DNA of 64,000 bases from Psilocybe cubensis. Its lineage: Eukaryota. This document shows, piece after piece, positions 24,239-38,135 of this stretch. The notes below the pieces were generated by a model, which saw only the letters and a program-made list of their open reading frames with translations, was not told the DNA's origin and searched no databases. The stretch is from NCBI GenBank assembly GCA_017499595.2, contig CM039005.1, positions 682,001 through 746,000 of the forward strand. The letters are read 5' to 3'. The translations under genes were made by a program, and so were the position numbers. Each line of letters starts with the position of its first letter. Position 1 is the stretch's first letter.

Positions 24239-27200
24239 CTAATGACCTTGCTTTTTTTCTAACTTTTGAATCTGCTGCCTGTTCCAAATCGAAAAGAAAA
24301 CCCTCATGTACATCACTGCTCTGTCCTGTGACATATAGCTCACAGCCTTTCGAATCTTGGAAATCCCACTGTTTCCACATTCTGCAGCACTAGAATTTAG
24401 TCTGAGCAGATTTGGATTTTCTGCACAGTAAGATGAAAGAAAACAGGCTTCACCACATTTATGTTCACTTGAGTGAAATATGTCGATGGCGAAGAGTGTG
24501 TCCTTGAAGAAGTCTGGTTCCCGTAACATGCAATAAGGCTGTAAAGCACAAGCAAAATCGTATACCACGACTTTTGGAGCCTTTTTCCAGCGTGTGAATA
24601 TTGCCGAGAACACATCGTTTCTTCCCTCCGCCGCTCGGATACAGTGAAATCCATAGCAAATGCTATGGGTGCACCAAACACACATAATCCCGCCGGTTAG
24701 TCGCTTTTTTGAATAGGTGGAGTAGTATTTTCGGCATATGTCTTCGTCAATTTCTGCGCTTCCCAAGTCATATCCTGACTCGTATGGCAAATTTGGATAT
24801 TGTGGACGGTCACGAATGGCCGGCATGGCGTAGCAACATCCTGTCTATTTAAAATCTCGTTTGAAATTTCATTTAACATTATATGACAACTCACCTTGAG
24901 CCAATCATCCATAAATAAATTCTCTTGTAAAACATTGCTTACAACAGCAGGTCCATCGTGAACCTTTAATAGTGTGTAGACCACAGTAACCCGGACGTAT
25001 AGCCATTTACAGACCCCTAGAACCTGATTTGTGAGCGTCCCCATGGTAAGTTCATGCTTAATTAACAGATGGAGAGCCGGGATATATCGCAGCAAATGAA
25101 CATTGCTGAGATAAGGACGTCTGATGAATGTTCGAAGGTTGTCCAGGCAGGAAAATGCTATAAATTGCAGCACATTTTCATCCGAAGACAGCTATAATTA
25201 AAGTTGTTATAATGAGTCGTTTAATATATGGAATACCGAAATACCTGGATGAAAAATTTGGAATACACATCATGCGCATTCCTTTTACCCAAAACAGTAG
25301 CCATCCCAAAGTGGATATCGAAGAGTTCTCCAACGGAAGGGTCCAGGGCCATCAATTTCCGGACTAGCTCGGGAATTTGAGTCAAGCGCTCAACCATTCG
25401 GCGGTTTCGTTCATACTCGGGGCTTCCCTCCGGATGAGTGGCGTCAGAAATGGTGGTTAATTGTGGCCCCTGCAGAATATAACGAATTAAAAGGCGCAAG
25501 GAGCGGTTTGGAATGGCTTGCAGATTGGGTAACGGCCGGACATCTGGTCTAGAGATAGAATTCTCCCCTATTGTAGTCGGGGGACGTAGAGTTGGCATCA
25601 GGTTTTTGCGGCTAAATGACACCGTGACGCCGTCCCATATAGTTGAATCAGGGGTCGGGCCACAGGATGGGCATACCATGTCGGGTCCAAAGTCTATAAG
25701 TCGGGCGTAAGAGAACCAGCTCGATCGAAACAACTTCTCGTTTGCAAACGGAATAGGGGAGTTCCTTGCTTGGTATTGGCGAGAAACAGTCTGCACCCAG
25801 GAAATAAAAGGGGTTTCTGACGACGAAAATGCGCTGGTGTAATCATCAAGGAGCTCATGGGTGAACAAGCTCCGGTTATTGAAATTAAAAATCCCTTGTG
25901 AGCTACAATCTGGCCCAATACATCGATGGGTGCATTTACCGCATTTTTGCAACGTTATAACTGCTTTGAACGCCCGTGTAAGAGTATAAATGGTACACTC
26001 CTTTTCGATTGTAGGTTCAAGAGCTTTGAAACGCTCACGTGGGGTTGTACAACAGCAAGAATCATTCGTCGACAGGGAGATAATCGTTGGAGGAATGTCA
26101 AATGTCACTCTTGGCATTGATGGAGGATCGGATGCGACTCTTGACCAGCCCGGCGGTGGGAGAGGGCGATATGAAACCGATTCAGCAATACCTGCCATTG
26201 TACGCAGAGCCGTACCTATGAAGATAGGTTTGTAGTTAAGTACTCGAACCTTTCAATAGATAATCAAGCTTACCATTGTATTGTAATCCTGTGTCGCCAT
26301 CCTTGCCTACATTGTCGTCTTGAGCATCACAGTTGCCTGTCAAATATTGCTGCAATGTATGCCGCGCCGATACAATATGTGAGCACGAGGATGCCCCACT
26401 GTCCTTGTTGCATTTCCAAACTCCCGCTCCGGTGTCGTCTCCCTGATGTTCGACCACGGCACGGTTCTTGATTGTTGAAAATCGAGTAAATGATGGTGTT
26501 GAGAAGTAATTCATGTACTGTCCATCTTTTATACTCTCGTGCCTTGAAAATAAGAAAGTTGTCTGATCTGTATCTACCAGGATAGCATATGAACACGGTA
26601 TGTTGAATCCATATCAAACAATCTAAGTTCTCACTACCTTTTTCTACCTCAAAAGCCTGGTTTTCCGAACCTACACCAGCATTCTGATCAATGAAGCGTG
26701 AATGGAAACATGAACTTTGCCCATTGGCAGCCGGGCACAAACAAACAGAAGTGAAGATGCCGTCAATCTCCACTCGGAGTACATGGTACCACAGCCGCTA
26801 TTGATGTATGAGAGGGAAATTTAACTTTGCGAGAATCTGAAATGACTTACGGTTGATTCCCCCCTCAAAATATTCCACCCATTTACCACAAATAACCGAC
26901 TGGTCAGTTGAAACAGGCCGCATTCCTCTGCCAAAACAGCATCCAAGAAAAGCGAATAATTTTCATCAAAATTAGGCAGAAGTCGTGTATCTATGTCGTC
27001 ATCTGTAGCTTCAAGCTCCTGATTTGAGGTTTCCAAAACATTGGGCTCGGGAAAATCAGTGAAAGTTGCTGGTGTTGATTGTTGGCCTGGCGTGTGTTCT
27101 GTGTTTTGTGCCTTCCCTTGCCGGTCAGCAACCTTGGTCCGCTTTACTGGACCTGAAACCTTTCTCTTTTTGCGAATTGGAGTAGTAATAAGTTCGCAGT

Positions 27201-27285
27201 CTTGGGGTTTAACAGGTGCATACTGGATTGTGGAGGGAGATTCTGGTGGAAGTGCGTATACAATCGGAGGAGGTGAGTCATACAT
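24239..27285 (-). CDS. KDZ (Kyakuja-Dileera-Zisupton) transposase, HMGXB3-like/CxC4-type, multi-exon
   Basis: Cys clusters (CxC...CxH, CGKC...IGPD...GIFNFNN, CPSCG..P..IWDGV), then TGGIMCVWCTHSICYGFH..EGRNDVF, VVYDFAC, IDIFH..H and NSSAAECGN, typical of the KDZ catalytic core. Confidence 0.85.
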
Positions 27286-27684
27286 GTTACTTGGAAGAGA
27301 CAGTGAGTGCCGGCGGGTATAGCGTGTGCGACCTACAGCACACTTAAATTATGGCTGTGAGCGCAGTTTTGATATCCTTGTCCAGCACTTACAATGTTGC
27401 CTGTGAACCATTTTCATATGGTTATCCAGCCCCTAAGATGTTGCGTGTGAGCTATTTTATATGCTTGGCCAGCGCTTGAAAGTATGTTTGTGACCTCATT
27501 TTCACTTCCTGGTCAGAAAGACGATATCATCCGAAGTTTTTTTAGCAGATCAACAAATCCGGCAGAGTACAAGGTTAGACATGGGGCAGAAAATCCTTCC
27601 ATAAGATCATTTTGGCGTATTATTTAAGGTTGTTCCATTCCGAAATTCTACGGTGTGTTCCCCACTCTCCTTCCTTCTCATACA

Positions 27685-28979
27685 ATGGGTCGCAAAGAGT
27701 CTAGTCTCATTACCAAGAGAAAGGTAGTTTCTACTGACTGTCTATAATGTTCATGCTAACAGATATGACAGAAACAATTTTCCAATGCCGCTGCAGCCTC
27801 TAGAACACCACCTCGTGCCTCCAAACGGAAGACAGTATGTTCATCTCCTAGATGCATGCTCTGCCACTGCTCTGAATACAGTGCTCGCTGGGTATAGACG
27901 TCAACACCTATTGAGCCCCAACGTCAGGCCCAGAAGTGCCAGAAGTGTCCTGGGAGGCCTCTTCGAGCCCAATGCGAGCATACCAAGCGCGGAAAGGAGT
28001 ATCTGGCGCGTCAAGCTGCATTAAATGTGAGTTTTTCTTTAGATACTGTCCTATTATTTGCTTATGGCGTCGCAGGAACTTGAGGATGATTCGGACAATG
28101 AGTCCAGCTCAGACAGTTCCAACAGCAATGTCGGGCCTGGCCCCTCTACCTCACTGGCATTCAACAATGCAGGCCCTTCCACTCCTGACATCTTTGCATC
28201 CGCGAGCACACCCGCATCACACAGTGTCGTTGCCACTCCCACCCCCGCATCAGCACGTTCTGGCAACATGGGTGTGCTCACCTCATCGCATCTTGCCCAA
28301 CTATCTGCTCGCACGGGAAGTACCACCAGTGCGAGCCTCTCATCAGCGTCCGCCTCATCTTCTCGTCAAGCGCGCCGCACCAGTGCCAGAGACCCATACA
28401 ACGGCTTTGTTGAAGGAGCTTACCGTGGATCGGAAATCTATCGTGAGTGGTCTGGTCATTCTTAAAAATCACACTGGTTGTCTCTGAAATCCGATCTTTG
28501 GCTCCAGAAATTGTGCGCGGCCATGCGCTACCTTCACCTATTGCCGACAATACTCGGGCTGTACGGAGGTTTACGAGTACAATCAACTCGATTGTCGAGA
28601 AGGTTGGGTTTTTTAAACTGCTGTAAAAACATTCTAAACTGATTGTTTTTAGTGCGAGGACTTGTCTAGACAAACTTCGTGTTGGCTTTTTATCGGTGCC
28701 CAGCACTCGACAGCTCGATCTCCCGCCATCAGTTATGCCTCACCACGCCTTCGTCGAGATGCTGCAGAGCAGGTAGGAAATATTGGGACTCAGTTTTCCA
28801 GTATCACTCGTAATTTGATTCAGGCCCGCACTCAGGAAAATGCGGACCTCCAACGCCAACTTGATCAATCTCGTCTTGACGCACAGCAAATGGCGCAATC
28901 ATTGGAGAAAGCGGCTCAGACTCAGAAAGAGTTAGATAAACAGTTGAAGCGTTATCAGCGTATCCACGGCCTTCTTTAA
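27685..28979 (+). CDS. Multi-exon hypothetical cargo protein (basic N-terminus, CxxC..CxH motif, Ser-rich linker, C-terminal coiled coil)
   Basis: MGRKESSLITKRK exon, KCQKCPGRPLRAQCEHTK segment, ORF 28058-28465 and ORF 28662-28979. Exon structure uncertain; may be disrupted. Confidence 0.55.
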
Positions 28980-29016
28980 CATAGCCAGTCGTACACTATT
29001 TCATAGCCATATACCA

Positions 29017-29527
29017 TTAATCAGAATCAATCAGCGAATCATCCCTGTTTTCATCATCGGTCTCATCCTCGTCCTCGTCCCCCTCCTCCTCGGGATCAGG
29101 CCCGTCATCGAGATTGTTGTGCAGTCTACGGAGAAAATGTTCGATCATATAGCAACTGGAGTCGGGGACGTCGGCACATTTGAAGATCATGTAATGGTCA
29201 AAATCCTCCGGCTCAATCGGTGCAAATGCATCGAATTCTTTCCAATCAAACCTCTTGGCTCCCAGTCTGACAGCCCGAAGAAGTGGAACCTCGGACGCCC
29301 GGGTCAAATGACAGAGATGAGAATCATCTCCATATACAAAGTGGCCATTTTTTGCTCGGATGTACCACATAAATGGTAGGCGAGGTGTAAGCTGAACAGT
29401 TCATTAATGGATATTGATAGGAACGGACAGAGCATTCATTACTTACTGATGAGAATACGTGGATATTGATGGTTGAACGTTGAACGCATTCGTCCCTTCG
29501 ACAGTCAGGATTAGCGCAGAGTTCCAT
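29017..29527 (-). CDS. Small hypothetical cargo protein with acidic tail
   Basis: MELCANPDCRRDEC... exon plus ORF 29017-29370 ending in a D/E-rich tail; probable intron ~29390-29447. Confidence 0.45.
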
Positions 29528-30871
29528 GCGAAAGGCTGTGATTCAAATTTCTTGGGTAGCTGGGGAGTAATATGCTGCACTGTCGTTCCTTGGGCTCCCC
29601 CAGATGTCCCTTTTTATGTTGTTTGGAATATCCTGTGTCAATGATTGCTCGGTACCTTCTTGTCCTAGCCACCAGGTCCCACATGGCCATCCCAGTGCAG
29701 TCACAATCATGCATGATGAGTCGGCACATTCATCTATTTGCAATTTGCACTCATATGACACAAGCTGGGCACTCACACTAAGGCAATAAGCCCACAAAAC
29801 CTCATGGCGGGGCGCTTAACAAATACATAGACTTGACCCTACCAGCGCACTGGGTTTGGAATTAGTCTCAAAGCTATGAAGTATACTATAACCACAGATA
29901 TCACCTTTGGAACTGACATCAATAAAAGGTGGTCCCACAATGACTATAAGGAGCTTTCTATGATGTCAAAGCGTGTGTCGGCGGCCATGCTGCGGAAAAA
30001 CTCTAATTGCAATGCACCCGAAGACATGTTGCATTCCTGCGGGCATATGGGCCAAACACCCGAATTCATAAGCGAGAAGAAGCCAGTTAATCAGCCTTAA
30101 TGAGCAGCTTGGCAAGCTGAAACTCAGCTTCAAGGTGGCCTGGTATTCCCTCTACTCTGACTGAAAGGCTATCTCAAGCTAGTAGACGTTTGTATGGTAC
30201 AATCTTAGTGGTGTGCATTGATACACCTGAGTGCTATTTTTTGACAAAGTTAACCAATTGTGCCACAATCCCGGGAACAATCACTGGCATTGTCGGAAAT
30301 AGCCTGGCCTTGGTACGGGTCTAGAAGGGTCCAGCCCATCACGCGGTGTTCAAGCCGTCAGGTTATGTCAGACATGGTCTGTGCGTCACGTTCCAATATA
30401 GGCGGCAAATACGTGTCCACCAGGGCCGGTCGTATACATGATGAATGTGACCACCAACTTGTGCTTCAGGTAAGTACATCATTCGATAGTCACAAACCGG
30501 GTCGCATACTAAGAATTTGTCCTGTTTGATAGTCACAAACCAGGTCGTATACTAAGAACTTGTTCTGTGAGGTCGCATACATGCTGTAAGGTCGCATACC
30601 TGCTACCAGTTTGTACAGTATTTTTGTTGTCTGTGCCAATGTAATACATATGAAATGTACCAATTCCTTTTTATGTTTACCTATATCATAAAATGAGAAT
30701 TATCCAGGGATATAGCCCGTGCAAAGCGACAAGGCCACGGCTTGAAATCAAACTGGCGTCAATTTGCTGTATTGCAAGCGAGCGCCTAATTAGAATAATT
30801 CGCAACCTGGCCATAAATCACACCCTGCCACTTGACCTCACCCTTACTTACACAATCTTCCTGCTTCTCTC

Positions 30872-33800
30872 ATGGAAGGATCAGCCAGCTCCTGCCGAGT
30901 TGGTCCGGATGGGTTGACCAAACAGCAGAGATATTTGCAGAAGTAGGTCTCTCAATTGCTTTGGTTCTCTGACCTTTATTGATTGCTTTACCCTTAGAAA
31001 TCGGCAGAAAATCAATGCAAAGAATGCGGTCCGAAATCGTCTTCGCAGGCAGCAAGAGTCAGAGCTTCTAATCAGCCGTATAGAACATAAAATCTAACTA
31101 AGTGAGCACAGGAAATTACTGAGGCAAGAAGAGGCCGAAATAGCAAACACCCTGGAGGTTGATAGCGAGGACGTTATTATTTCAGAGTCTAGGGTAGAAC
31201 AACCTCAACGGGACAGTGCCAGTAAGTCTCAACTATCAAGTTTGGGGCAGCATATATATATATATTGAATAGCTATGTATACTGCTACGGCAGTATCTGT
31301 GGATCAATCCACACAAACTGAACTTGGTGAGCCGTACTTTATATTCAATCGTGATTTACATCTGGTCCTGACCACTGTGAAGAAAACCCCGACCAGCCAA
31401 GGCCTGAGGGGTATTATACATCCCAGGAATATTATGCATCACAAGAGTTCGACGACTTGATGCATGAAAAGCTGATGAAATTGGAGCGTCTGGATCGAGC
31501 AAAGAAGGCCGAGGAGGCTTTCGAGAAAGGTATTCAAGAATACGAAGATTTCTCCAAGGCCCTGAAACAACGATGGACCATTCACTCAGGGTGGAAATAC
31601 CCTCGACGATTTAAAGGCAGTAGATTGGAAGAGCGATGCCGACAGCTTCAAGGTTTCCTACAAGAGGCAGACGAGCTGAATTGCAATCTTCTGCAAGAGA
31701 CACCTCCCAGTGAGCCCGAATGGTTTGAAATATTTCTTCAGGTTCGCGAGATTGTAGCAAAACGAGGTCATCTACAAGTAGTATATCACACACTCATGGA
31801 TACAGTGTAGACACCAATGTGATTGACTTGATTCAGTATGAAGTAGCGACCAATTTACATGTTCTGGCAGTATCTACAAAGCTCGAGATACGTCTCAGGT
31901 GTATGCGCAATGCGCAAATTGCTGTCACCGGAGACCCTAACCACCTCACCAGCATCCACAAGCTGTAGAAACTTGTTAACGGCGTCGGTCCTAGTTGGGA
32001 GGGCTTTGGTTTGGGAACCACGAATCCCTTGGATGTTGAGATGCACAATGCTGCCTTGGGGGCGACTAAACAATAGGTAAGGTTCTGTTTGAGATAAAGG
32101 TTTGATTTCAACTTACTACGTCGAAGAAAAGATGCCTGGCTCCCGACCAACAATGACTAGGGTCCATGTTCCAACCTCAGGAGTTGCTATGCCACAAAAT
32201 CAGTCATTGAAGCGGTGGAGAGCAGCAGATTGCACGTACATGGATCTTCAGGACGAAATCCAGTACAGGTGGATACATCTTCACGATTTAGCACGGTACG
32301 AACCGGGGGAACAACCTCTACCACCTCCCCACGCTCCAACGCCGAATAGAAATGGGCTTTAGCAATCAATTCCGATGGGCAAAACAGTGCATGACCACCA
32401 GAGATTCCGGTGTAATTATCAAGTGCGGCAGCCCTAAGAACAATGTTTTATAAGCATAACTGGATAGACACAATGAGTATGTACGTACCGTCCTTGAACT
32501 GGGCCAGGGCGGCGACCAACTACCACACTGTACCAGCGTTCCACCTCGGGGGGGAGAAAGTGTCCGGGACGTAAGCATGTTGTTCCAGCAACATGACAGG
32601 TGCAATCTACAACACCGTCAGTATATAGATCTTTTGAAGCATGTAGTGAGCTTACCTGAGTTCAAGACAGAAAGTTGTTTTTCCATCGCAGCGAGCGAGA
32701 AACATGTACACCCTGGATCAGAACAGATGAATAAGTCAGTTAATTTGCCAGCTATCATGCCTCCCACGTACTGTTTTTCGCAAGCTGAGACATAAGTCAA
32801 GGGTTGGGGAATTCAAGAAAGCGAAGTTGTAAGGGAAAGAGTGCTCCTGGCTGACGCCGCCAACGATGTATCCTTTAAGTTCCTGTGGTTCAGCAATGAT
32901 GACCCATTCGGTCGTCCAAACGGGGATAATTTGTGGATCTTCTGATGGGAACCAAAGCGGGCACAGATGTCCATACGCCTTGAGGTCCGATGAAGGTTTG
33001 CAAAATGCATGGCATCCGATGCATCGCTCAACATTGTCTTGGAGTCGAGACCATCCGAAGTAGTCCAGCGATAGAAGGTAAGAATTTCACATTCCGAATT
33101 GCTTCAGAAACTTTGCGAACTTCCGCTAGCATCAATCTTTACGTCGCGCAGCCAGAATTTTCTTTACGTCGTGCAGCCAGAATTTATGGAGGGGGACCTT
33201 GGTGTGTTTTTGAATTGTTTCGCTGTACGGATTGGCCTACTTAACTGTTATTTTTAGCTATCGCAGCTGCCAATATTAGGCTGGAGACAGCGACTGCCGC
33301 CTGGCATCGCATTCACAAGAAACGCAGGGAGAATCGCCCTGCAAATTGGGAGGACATTCATAAGGAGTTCAAGGACGCCAAAGAATCATTGACCGCTCTT
33401 CTCAAAGGTAGGTCCCACTATGTATAATTCACCAATGAATCAACTAACCTTGTTGTCTATATCAAGATCGCAAAAGTAAAGAGATCAATCAAGAGACTCT
33501 CGACAGCGTTTCAAATCTGGAAACAACCGCAGGCTTCATGGTATGCTAGTTTTTGTATGAAAAAGTGTTCCTTATTGCCTCATTTATTGCCCTTAGTCAA
33601 CCAGCTCAGCGACCAGTTATTTAGCTGCTATAGTTGCATCCACTATCTCCAAGGTTCCTCTTGCGCCTGTGGAACAAACTACGGGAGCCCCAGCTACTAT
33701 TTTACAACCTAAGACATGGGATCGTACAATTGTAAGTCATTATTGTACTTGTGGATATGCTACTAATGCGACAAATTTTCTCATTCAGATCGATGAAAAT

Positions 33801-36000
33801 CAAGTCGAGGAAACTATGCCAGCGGAGAAAGAGCCAGTGACCGGCCCTCCCAGAAAGGTCGGTAATCGCTATGTTAATATGCATTAGGCCACTCACTAAC
33901 TGCTGATTTGCTTTAGGATGACGAACCTTGTGCGCCTACCAACAGTGTGGTGTACAAAGGCCCAGTGACGGAATCTGCTATCAAGGTCAGTCATTACGGT
34001 GTTATATTTTCCATGGACAATGAATGAACTAAATATTTTACTCACCAATCACGTAGTCCACCGTTGATGATGCCAACATCGATCCGGTTTTGAAAGCGCT
34101 CTCGCTACCGTCCCAGTCAGCCGACACGTCTATTCGCCATGAGATGACTATCGAGATATCTGGATTCCCGGCTGGAGTTGTTAATGCAGCAACGCCACCT
34201 CACCAGGATCTCATATCCGGCGACGCACGTCCAATTCAAATTGATTCCGGGAGGCGAGAAGCGTTGGGTTCAAATGGAGAAGCACCAATTTTGAATGTGA
34301 GTTTTACAGGACTGTATTGTGACGAACATGGACTCATTTGGAATCCAGATTGTGGGTGGGTCAACCATGTTCCCCATTCCTCCAAACCTTCAGAAGGAGT
34401 TAGACCAGTGCACCGCAGAGAGTTCAGGTCTCTTACAGAAGATTCACACACTAGAAGAAGAACTGTGTGCGCCAGCACAGCGCACAATGGACGAGATACG
34501 TTTGAAGCTGAGAGAGATTGACTCGGGCTATGCTGCTATTTACGCTGTTGAGAAAAGAGTCAGCGAAATACAAAACATTATTGCTGAAGGAGAACGATCC
34601 TTTACTGCCAACGAACGACGCAAACATCTCCTCAAGAGGAAAGAGATCCTCGACAAGCAGCGAGATGAGGGCGAGGCGGAGTTCTCGAGGCTGACAGTGG
34701 CAGATCTTCCTGAGTATCAGCGGAAGAGAAATCTTCTCATGGCAGAGATCGATGCCGTCAAGCTAGAGCTTCAGCAACTGGCATCCTCCAAGTCCAAGAA
34801 AGCTTCAAAGGGAACAACCATTCGGTCAAAGTTTGCCAAGGCTTCTAGACAGGCTAGAATTACGAAATCTTCCGGCGGCGACAAGGCATTTAGCAGGGCT
34901 AACACCACAGAAAACGGGTCTGGGGATGATGATGAATCGTCGTTGTCTGAGGGGTCATTTGAAGGTGATGGGGAGGGTAGCAAGTCCTCAAAGCGCAAAT
35001 CGAGCACCAAATTCGATCCCACTATTGGCAGGAAGAGGACCAAGGCTCAGCGTCTCATGCTGGAGGTTGTTTACAGCGATGAGCTGAAGGAGGAGGAGGA
35101 GGCAAATGCGACGGGCCTTCAAGAGTTTAGGGTCGATGAGTGGGATTGTGAGGAAGATATGAAGGAGGAGGCCAATTGGGCAGCTATGACACCAATTCAG
35201 CGGGTTGAATATTGTGGTAAGCTGCCTCTCTTGTTGATTAGATTTTTCTTTGACTGATTTACTGCATTGTAGATGATATTGTGCGCTCTATTGCCCGCTT
35301 TGAGAAGACAGGAAACTTGCAGGATTTCCGTCCAAAATATCGTCGATCACTTCGTCATGTCCAATCTCTACTTCCTGAGAAGTGCTTCGAATCAAGACGC
35401 GTGGCTATCGCCATTCACATGACCTCGCATGGTAATCTCATCTGCCGTTTCCATAAAAGGTACCCGAAAACCAAATTTTTCGACAACGGACCAGGCCTTT
35501 ACAGAGTTCGGGGAGTCCCTAAGAAACCCGTATATCGATACCGAGTCGAGGATGCAGCAACGCCCCTGAGGGAAACAGGTTATATGTCATGCGGATGCTT
35601 GATTGACGATGTCTTGCTGGAGTTTTACTTTTGGAAGACTCTAACCATTTCATCGCCACTTCCATCGCTACAGGGGTTAGAGGAACCCATGAAAGGGGAT
35701 GTCTTTGAGCCGCGGCATCGATCCTTCCTGATCAAAGTATTCAAAGAACAGTCTTTGCTCACAGCGGACGACATCTACGACCCTAACCGACCCAGAGACA
35801 TTCGCAAGTTTGAACGAGAGGTGAGATTGTTGGATTTGAGTATCACCAGGCTTGCGAAGAAGTGGGAAGAGAAGACGGGAATTGAAATGAGGATAATTTT
35901 TCCGCAGAGAGAAGCAGAGCTGGAAAGGATGAGACGGGAGGCGGCTGAGGCAGCAACAAAGCAAGGTCAGGCTGGAGAGTCGAGCGCTATGTCCCAGTAA
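30872..36000 (+). CDS. One or more multi-exon hypothetical cargo genes (coiled-coil-rich; C-terminal Cys/His-containing domain)
   Basis: MEGSASSCRVGPDGLTKQQRYLQK start and short GT-AG introns; long coding-like ORFs 31457-31810, 34319-35257 and 35281-36000. The number of genes and the integrity of 32100-33300 are unresolved. Confidence 0.5.
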
Positions 36001-36614
36001 TTAGCTTTTATATAGAGTTGAAATTTGTAGTGAGGAAATTTATTGGCATTCGAAGTAAACTTGTACTGTATAGACCAAGTAGACGACAATAAGATACTGG
36101 CTTTTTGCCACATGCAAAATTTTATGTGTTGACGATAATGTGGTACACGCAACATTTATAATCTGTATTGTATATTATGCCATATGCAGGAGTTTAGCTG
36201 GACACTCAAATATTGTCTCATGCCACATTCTGTGGTTAACCAAGTTATATGGTGTATGCCACATTTTCGAGGTTAGGAGAGATTTCTGGCATATGCCTGA
36301 GTTTAGCCACACGACCGTTCTCTCTTCATTTCTGTATTTCATCTGAATTTGATGAAGTCCATCGGCAAATGCCAGCCGGTAACGCGGCATTTTGTTTCAC
36401 TATCCGGGACATTCGTACCGCCTCACCACCACGGTTCCAGGCCATTGACAGCCTACCGCGTCGCGCAATATGGAGAATTTGAGGACTCCTTCGACGAAGG
36501 ATACGATGCCGACGACGAAATGTAGGAATTAGCTTACCATGCATGGAGGGACACGTGAAATTGTTACCTGTAATAGTTGAAAAATCCAGTAATTGTTGGA
36601 CATATTCCGCTACG

Positions 36615-38135
36615 GGACACATTTCGTGTCTCTCACACAAATTCCGGTGTACGAAGAATTGTGACTCCAACACCAAATCCTGGCGCACGAAAGATTGTGA
36701 GTCCCTCACCAAATTCTCGCGCTCACCACATTTCGCGGCTCTCACACAAATTCCGGTGCACGAAACATTGTGAGTCCTTCACACACATTCTGGCGCTCAC
36801 CACATTTCACAGCTCTCACACTAACTCAGGTGCATCCCTCACACAAATTCTGGTGCTCACCACATTTCGAGTCCCTTGCACAAATTCTGGCACTCCGCTC
36901 TTTTCGAGTCCCTCATACAAATTCCGCTGCGTGACACATTTCGAGTCCCCTCACACAGACTCTGGAACTCCCCACATTTCACGTCCCTCACACAAATCCC
37001 GGTGCACGAAACATTGTGAGTCCTTCACACAAATTCTGGCACTCACCACATTTCAATTCCCTCACACAAACTCAGGGGCATCCCTCACAGCGTCCCCTCA
37101 CAAATTCCACTGCACAACACATTTCGTGTCTCTCACACATATTCTGGTGCACGAAACATTGTGAGTCCCTCACCAAATTCTCGCGCTCACCACATTTCGC
37201 GGCTCTCACACAAATTCCGGTGCACGAAACATTGTGAGTCCTTCACACACATTCTGGCGCTCACCACATTTCACAGCTCTCACACTAACTCAGGTGCATC
37301 CCTCACACAAATTCTGGCGCTCACCACATTTCGAGTCCCTCGCACAAATTCTGGCACTCCGCTCTTTTCGAGTCCCTCATACAAATTCCGCTGCGTGACA
37401 CATTTCGAGTCCCTCATACAGATTCTGGAACTCCCCACATTTCGCGTCCCTCACACAAATCCCGGTGCACGAAACATTGTGAGTCCTTCACACAAATTCT
37501 GGCACTCACCACATTTCAATTCCCTCACACAAACTCAGGGGCATCCCTCACAGCGTCCCCTCACAAATTCCACTGCACAACACATTTCGTGTCTCTCACA
37601 CATATTCTGGTGCACGAAACATTGTGAGTCCCTCACCAAATTCTCGCGCTCACCACATTTCGCGGCTCTCACACAAATTCCGGTGCACGAAACATTGTGA
37701 GTCCTTCACACACATTCTGGCGCTCACCACATTTCACAGCTCTCACACTAACTCAGGTGCATCCCTCACACAAATTCTGGCGCTCACCACATTTCGAGTC
37801 CCTCGCACAAATTCTGGCACTCCGCTCTTTTCGAGTCCCTCATACAAATTCCGCTGCGTGACACATTTCGAGTCCCTCATACAGATTCTGGAACTCCCCA
37901 CATTTCGCGTCCCTCACACAAATCCCGGTGCACAAAACATTGTGAGTCCTTCACACAAATTCTGGCACTCACCACATTTCGATTCCCTCACACAAACTCA
38001 GGGGCATCCCTCACAGCGTCCTCTCACAAATTCCACTGCGCGACACATTTCGTGTCTCTCACACATATTCTGGTGCACGAAACATTGTGAGTCCCTCACC
38101 AAATTCTCGAGCTCACCACAGTTCGAGTCCCTGAC
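36615..38135. repeat. Higher-order tandem repeat: ~3.2 x 463 bp built from diverged ~36-37-bp monomers
   Basis: Equivalent starts at 36697, 37161, 37624 and 38087; monomers such as TCACACAAATTCCGGTGCACGAAACATTGTGAGTCCT. Confidence 0.92.

Noticed and set aside
27685-36000. TET/JBP dioxygenase cargo expected with KDZ elements
   Set aside because: No convincing HxD...H...R 2OG-Fe(II) signature recognised in the ORFs; an HMM search is needed to exclude it fully.
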